The notes below the pieces were generated by a model. It saw only the letters and a program-made list of their open reading frames with translations. It had not been told where the DNA came from and ran no database searches. Below, in pieces: positions 1 through 13,069 of a stretch of 64,000 nt of DNA. Made by a program: the position numbers and the translations under genes. Within the stretch, counting starts at the first letter, position 1, and each line of letters begins with the position of its first letter. This stretch comes from Octopus sinensis (taxonomy: Eukaryota). The stretch covers positions 8,928,001 through 8,992,000 of the forward strand of contig NC_043012.1 in NCBI RefSeq assembly GCF_006345805.1. The letters are read 5' to 3'.

Positions 1-1653
1 TCTAACCACACAGCTACTCCTGCGCAACAAGCTTCTCTCAGTTTCCTCCTGGCAAGCTGCTAAATTATGGGGACGTAAACACACCAGCATCAGTCATCAA
101 AGACACAAGCACATATCTCTTTTACTCTTTACTCTTTTACTTGTTTCAGTCATTTGACTGCGGCCATGCTGGAGCACCGCCTTTAATCGAGCAACTCGAC
201 CCCGGGACTTATTCTTTTTGTAAGCCCAGTACTTATTCTATCGGTCTCTTTTGCCGAACCGCTATGTAATATATATATATACAACAAGCTTCTCTCAGTT
301 TCTGTCTATCAAATCAACTCACAAGGCTTTGGTTGACCTGAGTTTGTAGTAGAAGAACCCAGAACCATGTAGATAAGACGGAAGCTTCTTACCACACACT
401 TCCTTAGGACCATTTCTCAAGGGTAGGTTTTTTTTTTTTGTTTCATTTCTTTAAACCATAAGTGGATTTGGTAGATGGAAACTAAAAGAACCCATTGAAT
501 ATATGTGTATATATATATATCTATGTGTGTGTGTGTGTGTGTCTTTGCTGCCCCCCCCCCCCCGCCACTGCTTGACAACCAATGTTCACTTTTTTTTTTC
601 TTGTTAATTATAAAATTTGGGACAGAATTTCTGGAAAACAGGGAAATATCTTGGAGGAAGTCAAATGTTTATTGTAGATTTGGCAGCCAACTGTAAATGG
701 GTGGTGATAGTCATGGTAGTAGTGGCAGTAGTGGTTGGGGGAAGGAGTTAGTGGTAGGGGAGAGGGGAGATAGATATAACAAGTTTCTTGTTGACCTTTT
801 ACCTACCGCCACCACCACCACCACCACCACCATTAACACCCACAGCCACCACTACCATCAGAATGTTGAAAATTTTTAATGGTGGCATTTCATTACCAGT
901 CTAGATCTAAAAGAAAGCAGAATGAGAAGGGGGGGAGGAGGAGAAAGAGGAGCAGGAGGGGGAGGTAGAAAAGTAGGAAGAAAAAGAAGAGAAACAGGAA
1001 AGGGAGGTGGGAAGGAGGAAGAGGAGGAGGAGGAGAGAAAGAAGAGGAAAACTTTCCTTGCCCAAACCTGTTTCATGGAAGACTTATAAACAACTTTTGT
1101 GTTTAAATAAATTATTTTTTTTTTAGGTTGATATGAAAGTTTACAAGTGAGGGTTAATTGAAATAATTATGTTTTGCCAAATGTTTTCTGCAGTAAAGTT
1201 ACCAAAACTGGTTCCAGCTAGAAAATCAAAACCAAGCAACAAGTTTACTGCTAATCTATGGCACTTCCCTTCCCTTCCTTAGGACCATTTATCAAGGGTG
1301 GGTTATTTTTTTTTTCAATTCTTTAAGCCATGTGAATAGATTTGGTAGATTGAAGCTTAAAGAACCCATTGTATATATATGTATATATATATATATGTCT
1401 ATGTGTGTGTGTGTGTCTTTGTCCCCTTCCCCTCTGCTTGACCAGTACTAACATGCTTACATCCCTGTAACTTAGCGGTTCGGCAAAAGACACCAATAGA
1501 ATAAGTACCAGGCTTATAAAAAGTAATAACTGGGGTTGATACATTCAACTAAAAGTTCTTCAAGGCAGTGCAATCAATGATTGCTTTTATACAATGACTA
1601 GCTGACCATGTGCCATCAATAATGATCGTTAATTATAGTATTTTATATATATA

Positions 1654-2051
1654 CTAGTAGTATCACCCGGCGTTGCTTGGGTTTGTAAGGGAAATAACTA
1701 TATAAGCATTTTTAGAGATGTAAAGTATAATAGCCATCTCAATATGGCTAACCACAAAGGGGGGTGGTGTTACTGTAGCTTTTTACGTTCTGAGATTTAA
1801 TAATAAATTTTTAGAGAGTTACTTCCCTTATATATGCCAAAAATGCATTAAAAATGGGAAAAATTGATGGTAAATTCTTTTTAAAATCATAGACTCAGCG
1901 TAGACGCGCGCTAGTACCCAGAAGGGCTCGATATGAATCACGACTATAAGATACCCGGTTTTGGTTAAACTGCACCGCAAAATGTGGGAGTAGTTAGGAA
2001 TCTAAATCGTAGGAGACAGACATCACACAACCTCACTTTTATATATAAAGA
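1654..2051 (-). mobile_element. Non-autonomous Helitron-like element, copy 1
   Basis: On the minus strand it begins A|TCTTTATATAT and ends with a GC-rich subterminal hairpin region followed by CTAG|T. It is an inverted copy of 3609-4005. 5'-TC, CTRR-3' and an AT target are established Helitron hallmarks. Confidence 0.7.
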
Positions 2052-2856
2052 TAAGGTACATAATAATCACACATACAAACATTCACATACTTCCTTTGTA
2101 CACGCACACACATACCCACATATACTTACACAGAGTTGAAATGCTGATTTTTTTCACCCCTTCCTTTCTCTCATTGCTATTACTTTCTCTCACTCCCTCT
2201 CAGCCAGGGCTATTACTCTCACTACTTCTCCTTCACTGAATTACTATTTTCTCACCTCCTCCACGTCCAGCGAGAATCTGGACAAATATATAAAAACAGT
2301 TCACTCATTATTATATTAGGAGATATGAATAGATCAGATTAATGACTGTGATTTATAAATGGAAACCTACAAAGGTATTAATTACCTTTTTTTTTTTTTA
2401 TCTCTTACCCACCTTTCAGTCATTTGACTGCAGCCAAACTGGGGCACCACCTTGAAGGGTTTTAGATGAATGAATGAATCCCATGACTTATTTTTGTTTT
2501 TTAAGCCTGGTACTTAATCTATCGGTCTCTTTTGCTGAACTGTAAAGTTACTGGGATGTAAACCAACCAACACTGGTTGTCAAGTGGTGGTGAGGGACAC
2601 ACATACACACACACACATAGATATATAGGCGCAGGTGTGACTGTGTTGTAAAGAAGTTTGCTTCCCAACCACATGGTTCTGGGTTCAGTCCCACTGCATG
2701 GTACCTTGGGCAAGCGTCTTATACTATAGCCTTGGGCAGTCTAAAGCCTTGTGAGTGGATTTGGTACACAGAAACTCAAAGAAGACCATAATATATGTAT
2801 ATATGTGTGTATGTGTGTGTGTGTGTGTGTATGTATATATTTACGTGTGTGTGTCT

Positions 2857-3257
2857 TTACTCTTTACTCTTTTACTTCTTTCAGTCATTTGACTGCGTCC
2901 ATGCTGGAGCACCACCTTTAGTTGAGCAAATCAACCCCAGGACTTATACTTTGTAAGCCTAGTACTTATTCTATCAGTCTCTCTTGCCAAACCGCTAAGT
3001 TACGGGGACGTAAACATACCAGCATCAGTTGTCAAGCGATGTTGGGGGGGACAAACACACACACATCACATATATATGTATATATACATATATATGACGG
3101 GCTTCTTTCAGTTTTCGTCTGTCAAATCCACTCACAAGGCTTTGGTTGGCCTGAGGCTATAGTAGAAGACACTTGCCCAAGGGGCCATGCAGTGGGACTG
3201 AACCTGGAACCATATGGTTGATAAGCAAGCTACTTACCACACAGCCACTCCTGCGCC
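2857..3257 (-). mobile_element. tRNA-derived SINE family A, full copy
   Basis: Head GGCGCAGGAGTGGCTGTGTGGTAAG with a B-box-like GGTTCAGTCCC, an internal (TG/TA) microsatellite, and a tail ending CAGTCAAATGACTGAAA...AGTAAAAGAG. Further copies or fragments lie at about 1-420, 1290-1570, 2400-2780, 3280-3440, 22060-22265, 37570-37720, 41460-41826 and 61900-62040. Confidence 0.85.
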
Positions 3258-3608
3258 TATATATATATAAAGAGAGAGAGACATCAAGCTTTATTCAGTT
3301 TCTGTCTACAAAATCCACTCACAAGGCATTGGTTGGCCCAGGGCTATAGTAGGAGACACCTGCCTAGGGTGGTATACAGTAGGACTAACTCAGAACCATG
3401 TGGTTGGGAAGCAAGCTTCTTACTACACAGCCACACCTATGTCTAAGTGAATCAATTCAAAGAAACTGTGTCAAATAAGTCCTATTTTTTCAATAGTTTT
3501 TTGTAACAAGGAAAGGAAGCTATGTACAAAAATACATTCTCCTCTTTTACAATACTGACTTTGACTCCAATATATTACTTTTACATATGTTCCTAATATT
3601 CAAAGAAA

Positions 3609-4005
3609 TCTTTATATATAAAAGTGAAGTTGTGTGTCTGTCTCCTACGATTTAGATTCCTAACTACTCCCACATTTTGCGGTGCAGTGTAACCAAAAGC
3701 GGGTGTCTTATAGTAGTGATTCATATCGAGCCCTTCTAGATATTAGCGCGCGTCTACGATGAGTCTACGATTTAAAAAAAAAATTTACCATCAATTTTTC
3801 CCATTTTTAATGCATTTTTTGCTATTATATAAGGGAAGTAACTCTCTAAAAACGTATTATTAAATCTCAGAACGTAAAAAGCTACAGTAATCCCCCCACC
3901 TTTGTTGTTAGCCATATTGAGATTGCTATTATACTTTACATCTCTAAAAATACTTATATAGTTATTTCCCCGACAAACCCGAGCAATGCCAGGCGATACT
4001 GCTAG
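3609..4005 (+). mobile_element. Non-autonomous Helitron-like element, copy 2
   Basis: A|TCTTTATATATAAAAG start at 3609 and ...GCGATACTG CTAG|T end at 4002-4005. It is the reverse complement of 1654-2051. Confidence 0.7.
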
Positions 4006-4250
4006 TTAAATATAAGCCTGAGAAATGCATGTCTCGGTGGTATTCGACATTATTGGCATGCAGTAAACTGTTTAGTCTGGTTTGCTTCAGTGACATTTCA
4101 GCTGGACTAGCAGCAGAATCACAAAGTTGGTTGGACCATAACAATGGTTTTTGACAAAAAATACCTCTTTTTGTACTCCATTATGTGAAATAGTCAAGCA
4201 TTTCTTAACGACAAAGGAAATTAAATAACACAGCCATTGATAAAATGTTG

Positions 4251-4659
4251 AGATCTTTTAAACTTCGTATACTGGTAGAATGTGTTTATAAAACATCTTT
4301 TTCTCTTGGCTTTATTGAGAAAATTCTATAGTTTGTAAGATATTTGTTGTTTTTTTTCTTCAATTTCTGCAATTTCAACCAATCAATGACATCTATTGAG
4401 TTAAAAAGCATTCTGTGCCGTATGAATATGTCCCTCGTTTAAGAAACAGATTGGGTTTATTTACATTTGTGAAGAAAAAAGGATACCCTTCCCCCCACCC
4501 CTAACCCTAAGCCTAACCTTAACTAACCCTAACCAACCCTAACCAATCCTAACCCTAAAACAGATTGAAATGCAATAGATCGATACTAGGGTCATATTTA
4601 TGAGTGACAATTTCATATGACACCGCTAGAAAAAACTGCCGTTCAAACCAAAAAGATCC
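4251..4659 (+). mobile_element. MITE family with GGATC... TIRs, copy 1 (left end deleted), containing an expanded CCCTAA-like tract
   Basis: Right TIR AAAAAACTGCCGTTCAAACCAAAAAGATCC ends at 4659. The body matches 22856-23239 and 60190-60601. The left TIR is reduced to GATCTTTT. Degenerate (CCCTAA)n at about 4498-4558. Confidence 0.75.
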
Positions 4660-5084
4660 AAATGTTGTTAAAATCTTATTGCAAAGATTTCAGTCACGTA
4701 TAATATAATTTCATATTTATTTAAAACTATAAACTCATGGTTTTGTAGATTGCTCTTTTGAATGTCTGCATATTTTAAAACAAATCAAAGTCCTCCTTTT
4801 TCATTAATCATTCATCTATGAAGTGAGTGGGTTAGTGCTGAGCTAATTTTGTATGTTCAGAGTTAATGAATGGAGGTATTGAAGCATTTAATAAATGAAG
4901 ATATGTATGCAAAAGAATTTAACAAAAGAAGATATGTGACGTCTAGGAGAGTCATTTTCTTTTTGTGCATTATTATGTAACACACTCACCTGTAAAATTT
5001 CAACTTATTTCTTATTTTTATTTTCCTAAAATTTTCATTGCGTCTTGCAACCTTTTCAATAGTCTTGAGAGTCAAGACTATTGA

Positions 5085-6000
5085 AAAGGTTGCAAGACCT
5101 ATCAAAAACTTATCCAAATTCTGGAAGATGTGGTAGTCAGTGGGGGCAAGATCAGGTGAGTATGGTGGTTGATGGAGAACTTCCAACTCCAACTCCTGTA
5201 GTTTTGCCAATGTCATTTTTGTGATGTGTGGTCTGGCATTGTCTCGCAATAAAACAGGAGTGGATCTGTTGACTAATCTAGGCTGATTTTTTGTAATTTT
5301 CGGCATCATTTGATCCAGTTGGCTGCACTATACATTGGCCATGATTGATGAGCTAGGTTTAATGAAATCAACCCATGCTAGCATGGAAAGCGGACGTTAA
5401 ACGATGATGATGATAATGGATTACACCTGCACCAGATCACCAAACACATACCATCAGCTTCTTTTGATGAATTTTGCATTTTGGACTGTGTTTTGGTGGC
5501 TTGTCTTCATCCAACCATTGTGCTGAACATTTATGGTTGTTGTATTGGATCCATTTCTCATCACATTACAATTCGATTAAAAAATGTTTCATTTTTGTGA
5601 CATAATGCAGGTTTCCAAATGTTGCTGTTTCTGATTTTTATTGAGTTCATGTGGAACCCACTTATCCAACTTTTTCACTTTACCGATTTGAACTAGGTGA
5701 GTCAATATCATTTGCTTGCTAACACCAAACAACAACGATTATTCACAGGCATTTTGAGATGGATCTAACTCCACGGTGGCTTTCAGTTCATCATTATCCA
5801 TCTTCATTTCTGGTCAACCATGTTGCTCATTTGTGAGGTCAAAGTTACCAGAACGAAATTTTGCAAACCAATTTGATACTGTCTGCTGTGTAATAACATT
5901 GGAATGAAATACTCCATTAATATTCTGAGCTGTCTGTGATGCTGTATTTTCAAGAAAGAACTCATATTTCAAAACTGTATGAATTTCCAACTTATCCATC
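5085..6000 (-). mobile_element. Degenerate mariner (Tc1/mariner) transposase
   Basis: N-terminal HTH fragment MDKLEIHTVLKYEF...WFAKFRSGNFDL (5814-5999) and catalytic fragment DNARPH...HQPPYSPDLAPTDYHIFQNL (within 4986-5309). Frameshifts and stops lie between them. Confidence 0.85.
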
Positions 6001-6988
6001 TCTAAACAAAAACAGCAAAAAACGATTTATAAATACTTTATAAAGCACAAAATGAGTTAGAATAAAGAAATAGATGTGTCAGCTTTTATAACAAAAAATA
6101 AGATTGTCAAAATATAATAATTAAAAAAAATTTTTTTTACTACCGACAAGGGGCTAAACACAGAGGGGACAAACAAGGACAGACAAAGGGATTAAGTACA
6201 TCGACCCAGTGCGTAACTGGTACTTAATTTATCGACCCCGAGCAGCTGTCAAAGTTTACTATATACCTTACTACAAATTTCATACTTGACGACCTAATAT
6301 AAAACGATGGTATGTAGGCTGCAATATCCCTCATGTCATACCTCATGGTAAATAGTGCACTGTCAACAGAATGACGCTTATTCCAATGTAGAAAAAAACT
6401 GGTTTGGCTGGAGTTCATTACCTCATTCTATATTTATCACAGAATTTATTTTGTTTTTACAATGGTGATGTCCATTGTTGTTAAGTTGCTCTTAACTATA
6501 TTCAAAAGAATGACTGGCTGGGGGAGTGATGGGGAGAACAGCCGGAGACACCAGCTGCATAAACAGCAAACAGTAAAGTGAACGCTTGCATATATAATGT
6601 AACAGGCCAAGATAAGATGCTGATTTCTTTTTCGTCCTCACTTGGTGTAATGTGAAACCTAATTGATGCAGATTTTTGGCTTATGATCATAAGGTCATGT
6701 GTTTTAATTCTGGGATTGGGCAGCACATTGTATCCTTGAGCAAGACCCTTCATTTCATGGTATACGAGTCCACTCAGCGGCAAACAAGGACTAACCAGGT
6801 GCTGCTGCAGCCCTTTCTCTCTCCTAAATGTGACACCTTGGTCGAGTGCAAGGGGCTTGGGAGAGAGTCTAGGTCTGCTTACAGGCCCCTAAATCAGTTA
6901 GAGAAAGCATGGTAAATGTTACTAAACCAGACTTGCTCCTGAAAGCTAATTAACTATCCTCTATTTAGCTACAATAATAATAATATAC

Positions 6989-7032
<44 letters not shown>

Positions 7033-7057
7033 CATACATACATACATTTGTGTATAC

Positions 7058-7458
7058 TCTCTTTTCTCTTTTACTTGTTTCAGTCATTTGACTGCGGCCA
7101 TGCTGGAGCACCGCCTTTAGTCGAGCAAATCGACCCCGGGACTTATTCTTTGTAAGCCCAGTACTTATTCTATCGGTCTCTTTTGCCGAACCGCTATGTT
7201 ACGGGGGACATAAATACACCAGCATCGGTTGTCAAGCAATGCTAGGGGACAAACACAGACACACAAACACACACGCGCATATATATATATATATACGACG
7301 GGCTTCTTTCAGTTTCCGTCTACCAAATCCACTCACAAGGCATTGGTCAGCCCGGGGCCATAGCAGAAGACACTTGCCCAAGATGCCACGCAGTGGGACT
7401 GAACCCGAAATCATGTGGTTGGTTAGCAAGCTACTTACCACACAGCCACTCCTGCGCC
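7058..7458 (-). mobile_element. tRNA-derived SINE family A, full copy
   Basis: Same head, body and tail as 2857-3257. Confidence 0.85.
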
Positions 7459-7712
7459 TATATATTGATATCTATTTTTATGTTCAGTTCCAATAAAAGG
7501 AAGTTTACATTAATCTGGTTGATTACTCCATACTTTTGCAGAGTACAATTTCCTTCTTAGACAACAATGTTATACACACACACACACACACACATGTAGC
7601 GCTCATGTTGCAAAAACAAAACAAACAAAAAACAAAAGACATTAAAACGTTACCATATTATCCCATACAACCAGTACATACCTGTAAACACACGTGTGTG
7701 TATATATGTGTG

Positions 7713-7745
<33 letters not shown>

Positions 7746-8138
7746 GAAGTTGCACTTGATTACATGTTAGCAGAAGCAGTTTTGTCTTTGCCTGGGTGAA
7801 TATGTCCTGCTCACCCATGTGTACAAACAACAAAGATTTTGCTCAGCTACAAAACCAGCAATTTAGAGGCTTGGTGGATTAGACAATTACTGGTACTTGA
7901 TTCTATTACCTCTGAAAGAATGGGAAGACAAAATTGAACTTAATGGTATTTGAACTCGAAACGTAAAGAACCGGAACAAATGCTTCAAGGTATTTTGTCT
8001 GACAAGCCAATTAATGAGCATCTGTTTGTCTGATCGATTGGAAATAGCAGCTAAATCTCCTTCATGTCACACTATTTTCAAGAAAGAGGGACACATTGGA
8101 TAACGTAGAGCTCTATGTGTGTGTGTGTGTGTATATAT

Positions 8139-8203
<65 letters not shown>

Positions 8204-8578
8204 GGCACAGGAGTGGCTGTGTGGTAAGTAGCTTGCTTACCAACCACATGGTTCCAGGTTCAGTCCCACTGCATGGCACCTTGGGCAAGTGTCTTCTACT
8301 GTAGCCTCAGGCTGACCAAAGCCTTGTGAGTGTATTTGGTTGACGGAAACTGAAAGAAGCCCATCGTATATATATATATGTGTGTGTGTGTTTGTGCCCC
8401 CACCCAACATCACTTGACAACTGATGCTGGTGTGTTTCCCTCCCTGTAACTTAGCGGTTGGGCACAAGAGACTGAATGAATAAGTACTAGGCTTACAAAC
8501 AATAAGTCCTGGGGTCGATTTGCTTGACTAAAGGCGGTGCTCCAGCATGGCCACAGTCAAAACGACTGAAACAAGAGT
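8204..8578 (+). mobile_element. tRNA-derived SINE family A, full copy, preceded by (TA)n
   Basis: GGCACAGGAGTGGCTGTGTGGTAAG head at 8204. (TA)n at about 8140-8200. Confidence 0.85.
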
Positions 8579-8590
8579 ATATATATATAT

Positions 8591-9335
8591 AGGGTGCAGT
8601 GGGTAAATCAGTGCTATTTTATACTTTTAATTTCACACATGCGCATTGTTTGTTTTTGGTTTTGTTGACTACACAGTATAGTAGGGTCAGTTGGGCACCC
8701 TCTGTGAGAAAAGCAGCACCATGACGCAATTCATCAATTCACTCTGCCTTGAATTTGGAAACAACATGCTGTGCTGCTTGATATTCATACTGGAAGCTCC
8801 AATATGAAAAGATGGTGAACACACTGAACAACCATTAGCTTGCTGTGCCCCCCCCCCAACATGTAGAGTGAAAGTGATAGAAATCAAACATCCAGTCAAC
8901 ATCATGGTATTTGGAGTGATCACTAGTGATGGTCACATTATACCTCTATTCATCTTCCCACACAGCCTCATACACAATATGGAGACCTACATCAAGTGCC
9001 TGGAGGAGGTAGTGCTGCCCTGGCACAAGAGTCAGACAATTTATGTGACCACATTACCCTTAACATCTGGCCTCCTAACTCCCCAGACAGCAACCCACTT
9101 GATTGGTATGTGTAGGGTGCTGTTGAGTGAGAGACCAACAAAACTCTTTGTGACACCACAGATGAACTAAAGGCAAGGATTATGGCAGCATTCACCAACT
9201 TAAACAAAGAACTGTCCAAAAGAGTTCCAGTAGATTCCGAAGATGTCTAGAGGCTGTGGTTGAAGCCAATGGCAATTTTACTGAATAAATTTAATATTTC
9301 AAGATATTTTTATGTAATTTTGGTAAATATATCTG
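8591..9335 (+). mobile_element. Degenerate Tc1/mariner-superfamily DNA transposon fragment
   Basis: HPVNIMVFGVITSDGH...YIKCLEEVVLP and downstream DELKARIMAAFTNL...LEAVVEANG-like segments resemble the DDE/D catalytic and C-terminal region. The frame is disrupted. Confidence 0.65.
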
Positions 9336-9399
9336 TTAAAGCTTCAGTGTCATTTTCATTTTTGCATAATTTAGATGACAATATATTCACTGCATGTAG

Positions 9400-9693
9400 A
9401 AAGTTACCCTCCCAGGCACAAGTCCGGGCAAGGTTGTTTATGGGAGATCAGCAGTCGCCCATGCATAGCGGCCTTCCCTCTCCATGCCACCAATGTTATC
9501 CAAAGGAAAGGCAACAGCAGATACAGCTTGGCACCTGTGATGTCGCAACTCATTTCTACAGCTGAGTGAACTGGAGTAACGTGAAATAAAGTGTCTTCCT
9601 CAAGAACACAACACGCAGCCTGGTCTGGGATTCGAACTCACAACCTTACGATCGTAAGCTCGATGCGCTAACCACTGAGCTATGCGCCTTCAC
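9400..9693 (-). mobile_element. tRNA-derived SINE family C
   Basis: Minus-strand head GTGAAGGCGCATAGCTCAGTGGTTAGCGC...GTGAGTTCGAATCCC (A and B boxes) runs into a non-tRNA body. A related copy is at about 63750-64000. Confidence 0.7.
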
Positions 9694-9984
9694 TCAAGTA
9701 TCATCATCATCGTTTAACGTCCGCTTTCCATGCTAGCATGGGTTGGACGATTTTGACTGAGGGCTGGCAAACCAGATGGCTGCACCAGGCTCCAATCTTG
9801 ATCTGGCAGAGTTTCTACAACTGGATGCCCTTTCTAACGCCAACCACTCCGAGAGTGTAGTGGGTGCGTTTTACGTGCCACCGGCACGGTGGCCAGTCAG
9901 GCAGTAATGGCAACGACCTCACTCGAATCTTTTTACACATTCCACCGGCACAGGTGCCAGTGAAGCGACGTTGGTAATGATCAC

Positions 9985-10215
9985 ACGGCGAGCTGGCAGA
10001 AACGTTAGCACGCTGGGCGAAATGCTTAGCGGTATTTCGTCTGTGTTACGTTGTGAGTTCAAATTCCGCCGAGGTCGACTTTGCCTTTCATCCTTTCGGG
10101 GTCGATAAATTAAGTACCAGTTACGAACTGGGGTCGATGTAATCGACTTAATACCTATGTCTGTCCTTGTTTGTTCCCTCTATGTTTAGCCCCTTGTGGG
10201 TAATAAAGAAAAAGA
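9985..10215 (+). mobile_element. tRNA-derived SINE family B, full copy
   Basis: GGCGAGCTGGCAGAAACGTTAG...GAGTTCAAATTCCGCCGAGGTCGACTTTGCCTTTCATCCTTTCGGGGTCGATAAATTAAGTACCAG... Other copies at about 6140-6240, 13810-13975, 16330-16560, 18940-19330, 20570-20915, 30652-31185, 31500-31660 and 61180-61830. Confidence 0.85.
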
Positions 10216-11008
10216 AATAGAAATAGGTAATGATCACGCTCGAATGGTGACATACACATACATATATATATATTTATATAAAAGCAATTAAGATTCAAGT
10301 AAATTCCAATGAACTTTGGAAAACTGTTTACAACCTATATCTGCCTTTAATGGAATTATCTCCAATATTTCATGAGTATAACCTCACCCACTAAGATGTC
10401 TGGAGAACTCATATGTATTTTAGCTGAGTACGGGACACTTTTATCTGCTGCAATTTTTTGCAACTTGTAATAAAGCCTGTCTTTGTATGAAACAATTGTA
10501 CTAAAAACTAATCCATTCTTGTTGCTTCTTTCTCGTATATATTTATATATATATTAGTTTGGAAAATTCTTCCAAAATGATGAGCTCGTCATGGCTGGAA
10601 TGTCTTTGATCATATATCTGCTGAATCAGGGTCGATCAGGGGTTAAACCACAGCAACAAAGGGTGACACATGAACATGATTTGACATAGGGATTTTGCAA
10701 TCTTTTTATAAATCTTTTTCTTAGTATGATTAACAACTATTTTTTTTTTTTATTTTGTTTACCTTTTGGTATGCAAATCATTCACACTTCACTAATGACA
10801 ACTGACACGGTGTTGTGTTACTACTTACACACCTCATACTAACCAACAACCATGCCTAAACCACTATGATTAAGAAAACAAAGAAGTGTTAAGTCCTGTT
10901 ACAGATAGAACGGCCAATGGTTTGCAAGAGGAATGGAATGTATGACAGGTGGTGTACACCTTTCATTTCCTTTTCATTTGATTTAATCACTGATCTGTAA
11001 ACCACCAA

Positions 11009-11140
11009 TCAACAGCAGCAGCAGCAGTAGCAGCAGCAACAACAACAACAACAACAATTGTGTGTGTTTATTGAGCGAAAACACCTAAAGCTCCAGCAGC
11101 AGCAGCAACAACAACAACAACAACAACTGCAGCAACAGCG
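11009..11140 (+). repeat. (CAG/CAA)n microsatellite next to a tRNA-like SINE head (about 11141-11260)
   Basis: Direct reading of the CAG/CAA runs. They are followed by GGAGGCGCAATGGCCCAATGGTTAGGGCAGCGGAC...GGTTTCAATTCCC. Confidence 0.8.
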
Positions 11141-12776
11141 ATGGAGGCGCAATGGCCCAATGGTTAGGGCAGCGGACTCGTGGTCGGTGGATCGCGGTTT
11201 CAATTCCCAGACCGGGCGTTGTGTGTGTTTATTGAGCGAAAATACCTAAAGATCCACGATGCTCCAGCAGGGGTGACCCCTGTTGACCAGGTGGTGACCC
11301 CTGTTGTACTCATTCCCTTCAACTTTCTCTCACTCTTTCTTCCTGTTTCTTGTCCCCCCCCCCCGACTTCCTATGCAACCTCTGAGCCTGGATGCGCATT
11401 CATCCATCTATCGATGCTCTCGGTGTCGGGGGTGAGTTGGGTTGACCTGCTTTCTCTTCTGCGGGTCTTATGAATAGCAAAGGACAAAAAAAAAAGAAAA
11501 AAAAGAAAGAAAGAAAAGAAAGCAGCAACAGCAATGACAACAACAATAACAACTCTTTTTCTTTCTTTTTTTTTTTGCCAGATATCTAACAATCTGTCAT
11601 TCTACAGTTCTTTCTCAATATTTTATCTCAGCAATGATTTATAACATTAACACAAGGTCACATGTTTTGGAGGAGGTGGGGAGTGGAAGGGAAAAGCTGT
11701 TGATATTTAGAATTTCACTCCCTGTAGGAAAGCAGTGCTCATGATGTTTTTTTACAGAACCTCAAAGACTTGGGGGGAAGGAGGGAGGGAAAGAAACCTT
11801 TAATTTCATGCTGGTGGGCACGTAAAAAGCACCATTTGAGCATGATTGTTACCAGCGTTGCCACACTGGCACTTGTGCCGGTAACACGTGAACAAGACAT
11901 TCGAGTGAGATCGTTGCCAGTGCCGCTGGAATGACACCTGTGCAGGTGGCACGTAACAAACACCATATGAGCATGGCCATTGCCAGTACCACCAGACTGG
12001 CCCTCATGCAGGTGGCACGTGAAAGCACCCACTACACTCTTGGAGTGGTTGGCGTTAGGAAGGGCATCCAGCTGTAGAAACTCTGCCAGATCAGATTGGA
12101 GCCTGGCGCAGCCATCTGGTTCGTCAGTCCTCAGTCAAATCATCAAACCCATGCTAGCATGGAAAGCGGACGTTAAAGGATGGATGATGATAATGATGAT
12201 GATGATGATGATACTTATTTATCCACATTTTTAAAAATTAAACATGTAGTATCTTGTAGTTTCAAGATTTTGAAAATATGATTGTTTATTTTTATAATGA
12301 CATTGTAGAGTAGGTGTGAGTAGCTGGATCTGGACAGTTTGATAATAAAACAGGTAGAATATTTGGGCCAGATATAACTGGCTTAAATGCTAAAAGGCTA
12401 AACAAGAGACTCGGCTCAAATTCTTGCACAAGAATGAACTCTTCCACTAAAGGCAATGGTGTTAAACTACTGCCTTAATCTGGACAATGGATTAAGTCTT
12501 ATATCCATAGATCCCAATACATTGATTGGTATTATTTAGTCAGTTCCCTGAGGATGAAATGCAAAGCAGTTAAGTAGATATTATGTAAGCATGTAGTTTC
12601 AGGTTCAAAACACTTCAAGGCACTGTGGGCATTTATGCATTAGGAAGGGCGTCCAGCTGTAGGAACACTGCCAGATCAGACTGGAGCCTGGCGCAGCCTC
12701 TTGGCTTCCCAGACCCCAGTTGAACCGTCCAACCCATGCTAGCATGAAAAACTGACATTAAACGATGATGATGTAC

Positions 12777-12778
<2 letters not shown>

Positions 12779-12829
<51 letters not shown>

Positions 12830-12839
12830 ATATACATAC

Positions 12840-12895
<56 letters not shown>
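12779..12895. repeat. (TA)n microsatellite
   Basis: Long, nearly pure TA run. Confidence 0.95.
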
Positions 12896-12897
<2 letters not shown>

Positions 12898-13069
12898 ATA
12901 ATAAATATTAGGGAATGAATCCAAAATTACAGGGAAAATCAGATTTAGGGTTAAATCCAATTTTATAGTCAAATATTATATAATATAATTCGAGACAAAA
13001 CCACTATTTAAAACCAAACAAGGAAAGACTTAATCAATACATAAAATTTTAATATAATTAAATAAACCG

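Noticed and set aside
4498-4558. True telomere or chromosome-fusion scar
   Set aside because: Short, degenerate, and located inside a MITE found three times in the window.
11141-11218. tRNA-like sequence (also the heads at about 9620-9693 and of SINE families A and B)
   Set aside because: A/B-box-like motifs are present, but I could not fold a complete cloverleaf with an acceptor stem and each runs into a repeat body. These are SINE heads, not tRNA genes.
11058-11249. Poly-Q ORF and the opposite-strand poly-C ORF
   Set aside because: Translations of a CAG/CAA microsatellite plus a SINE head, with no gene context.
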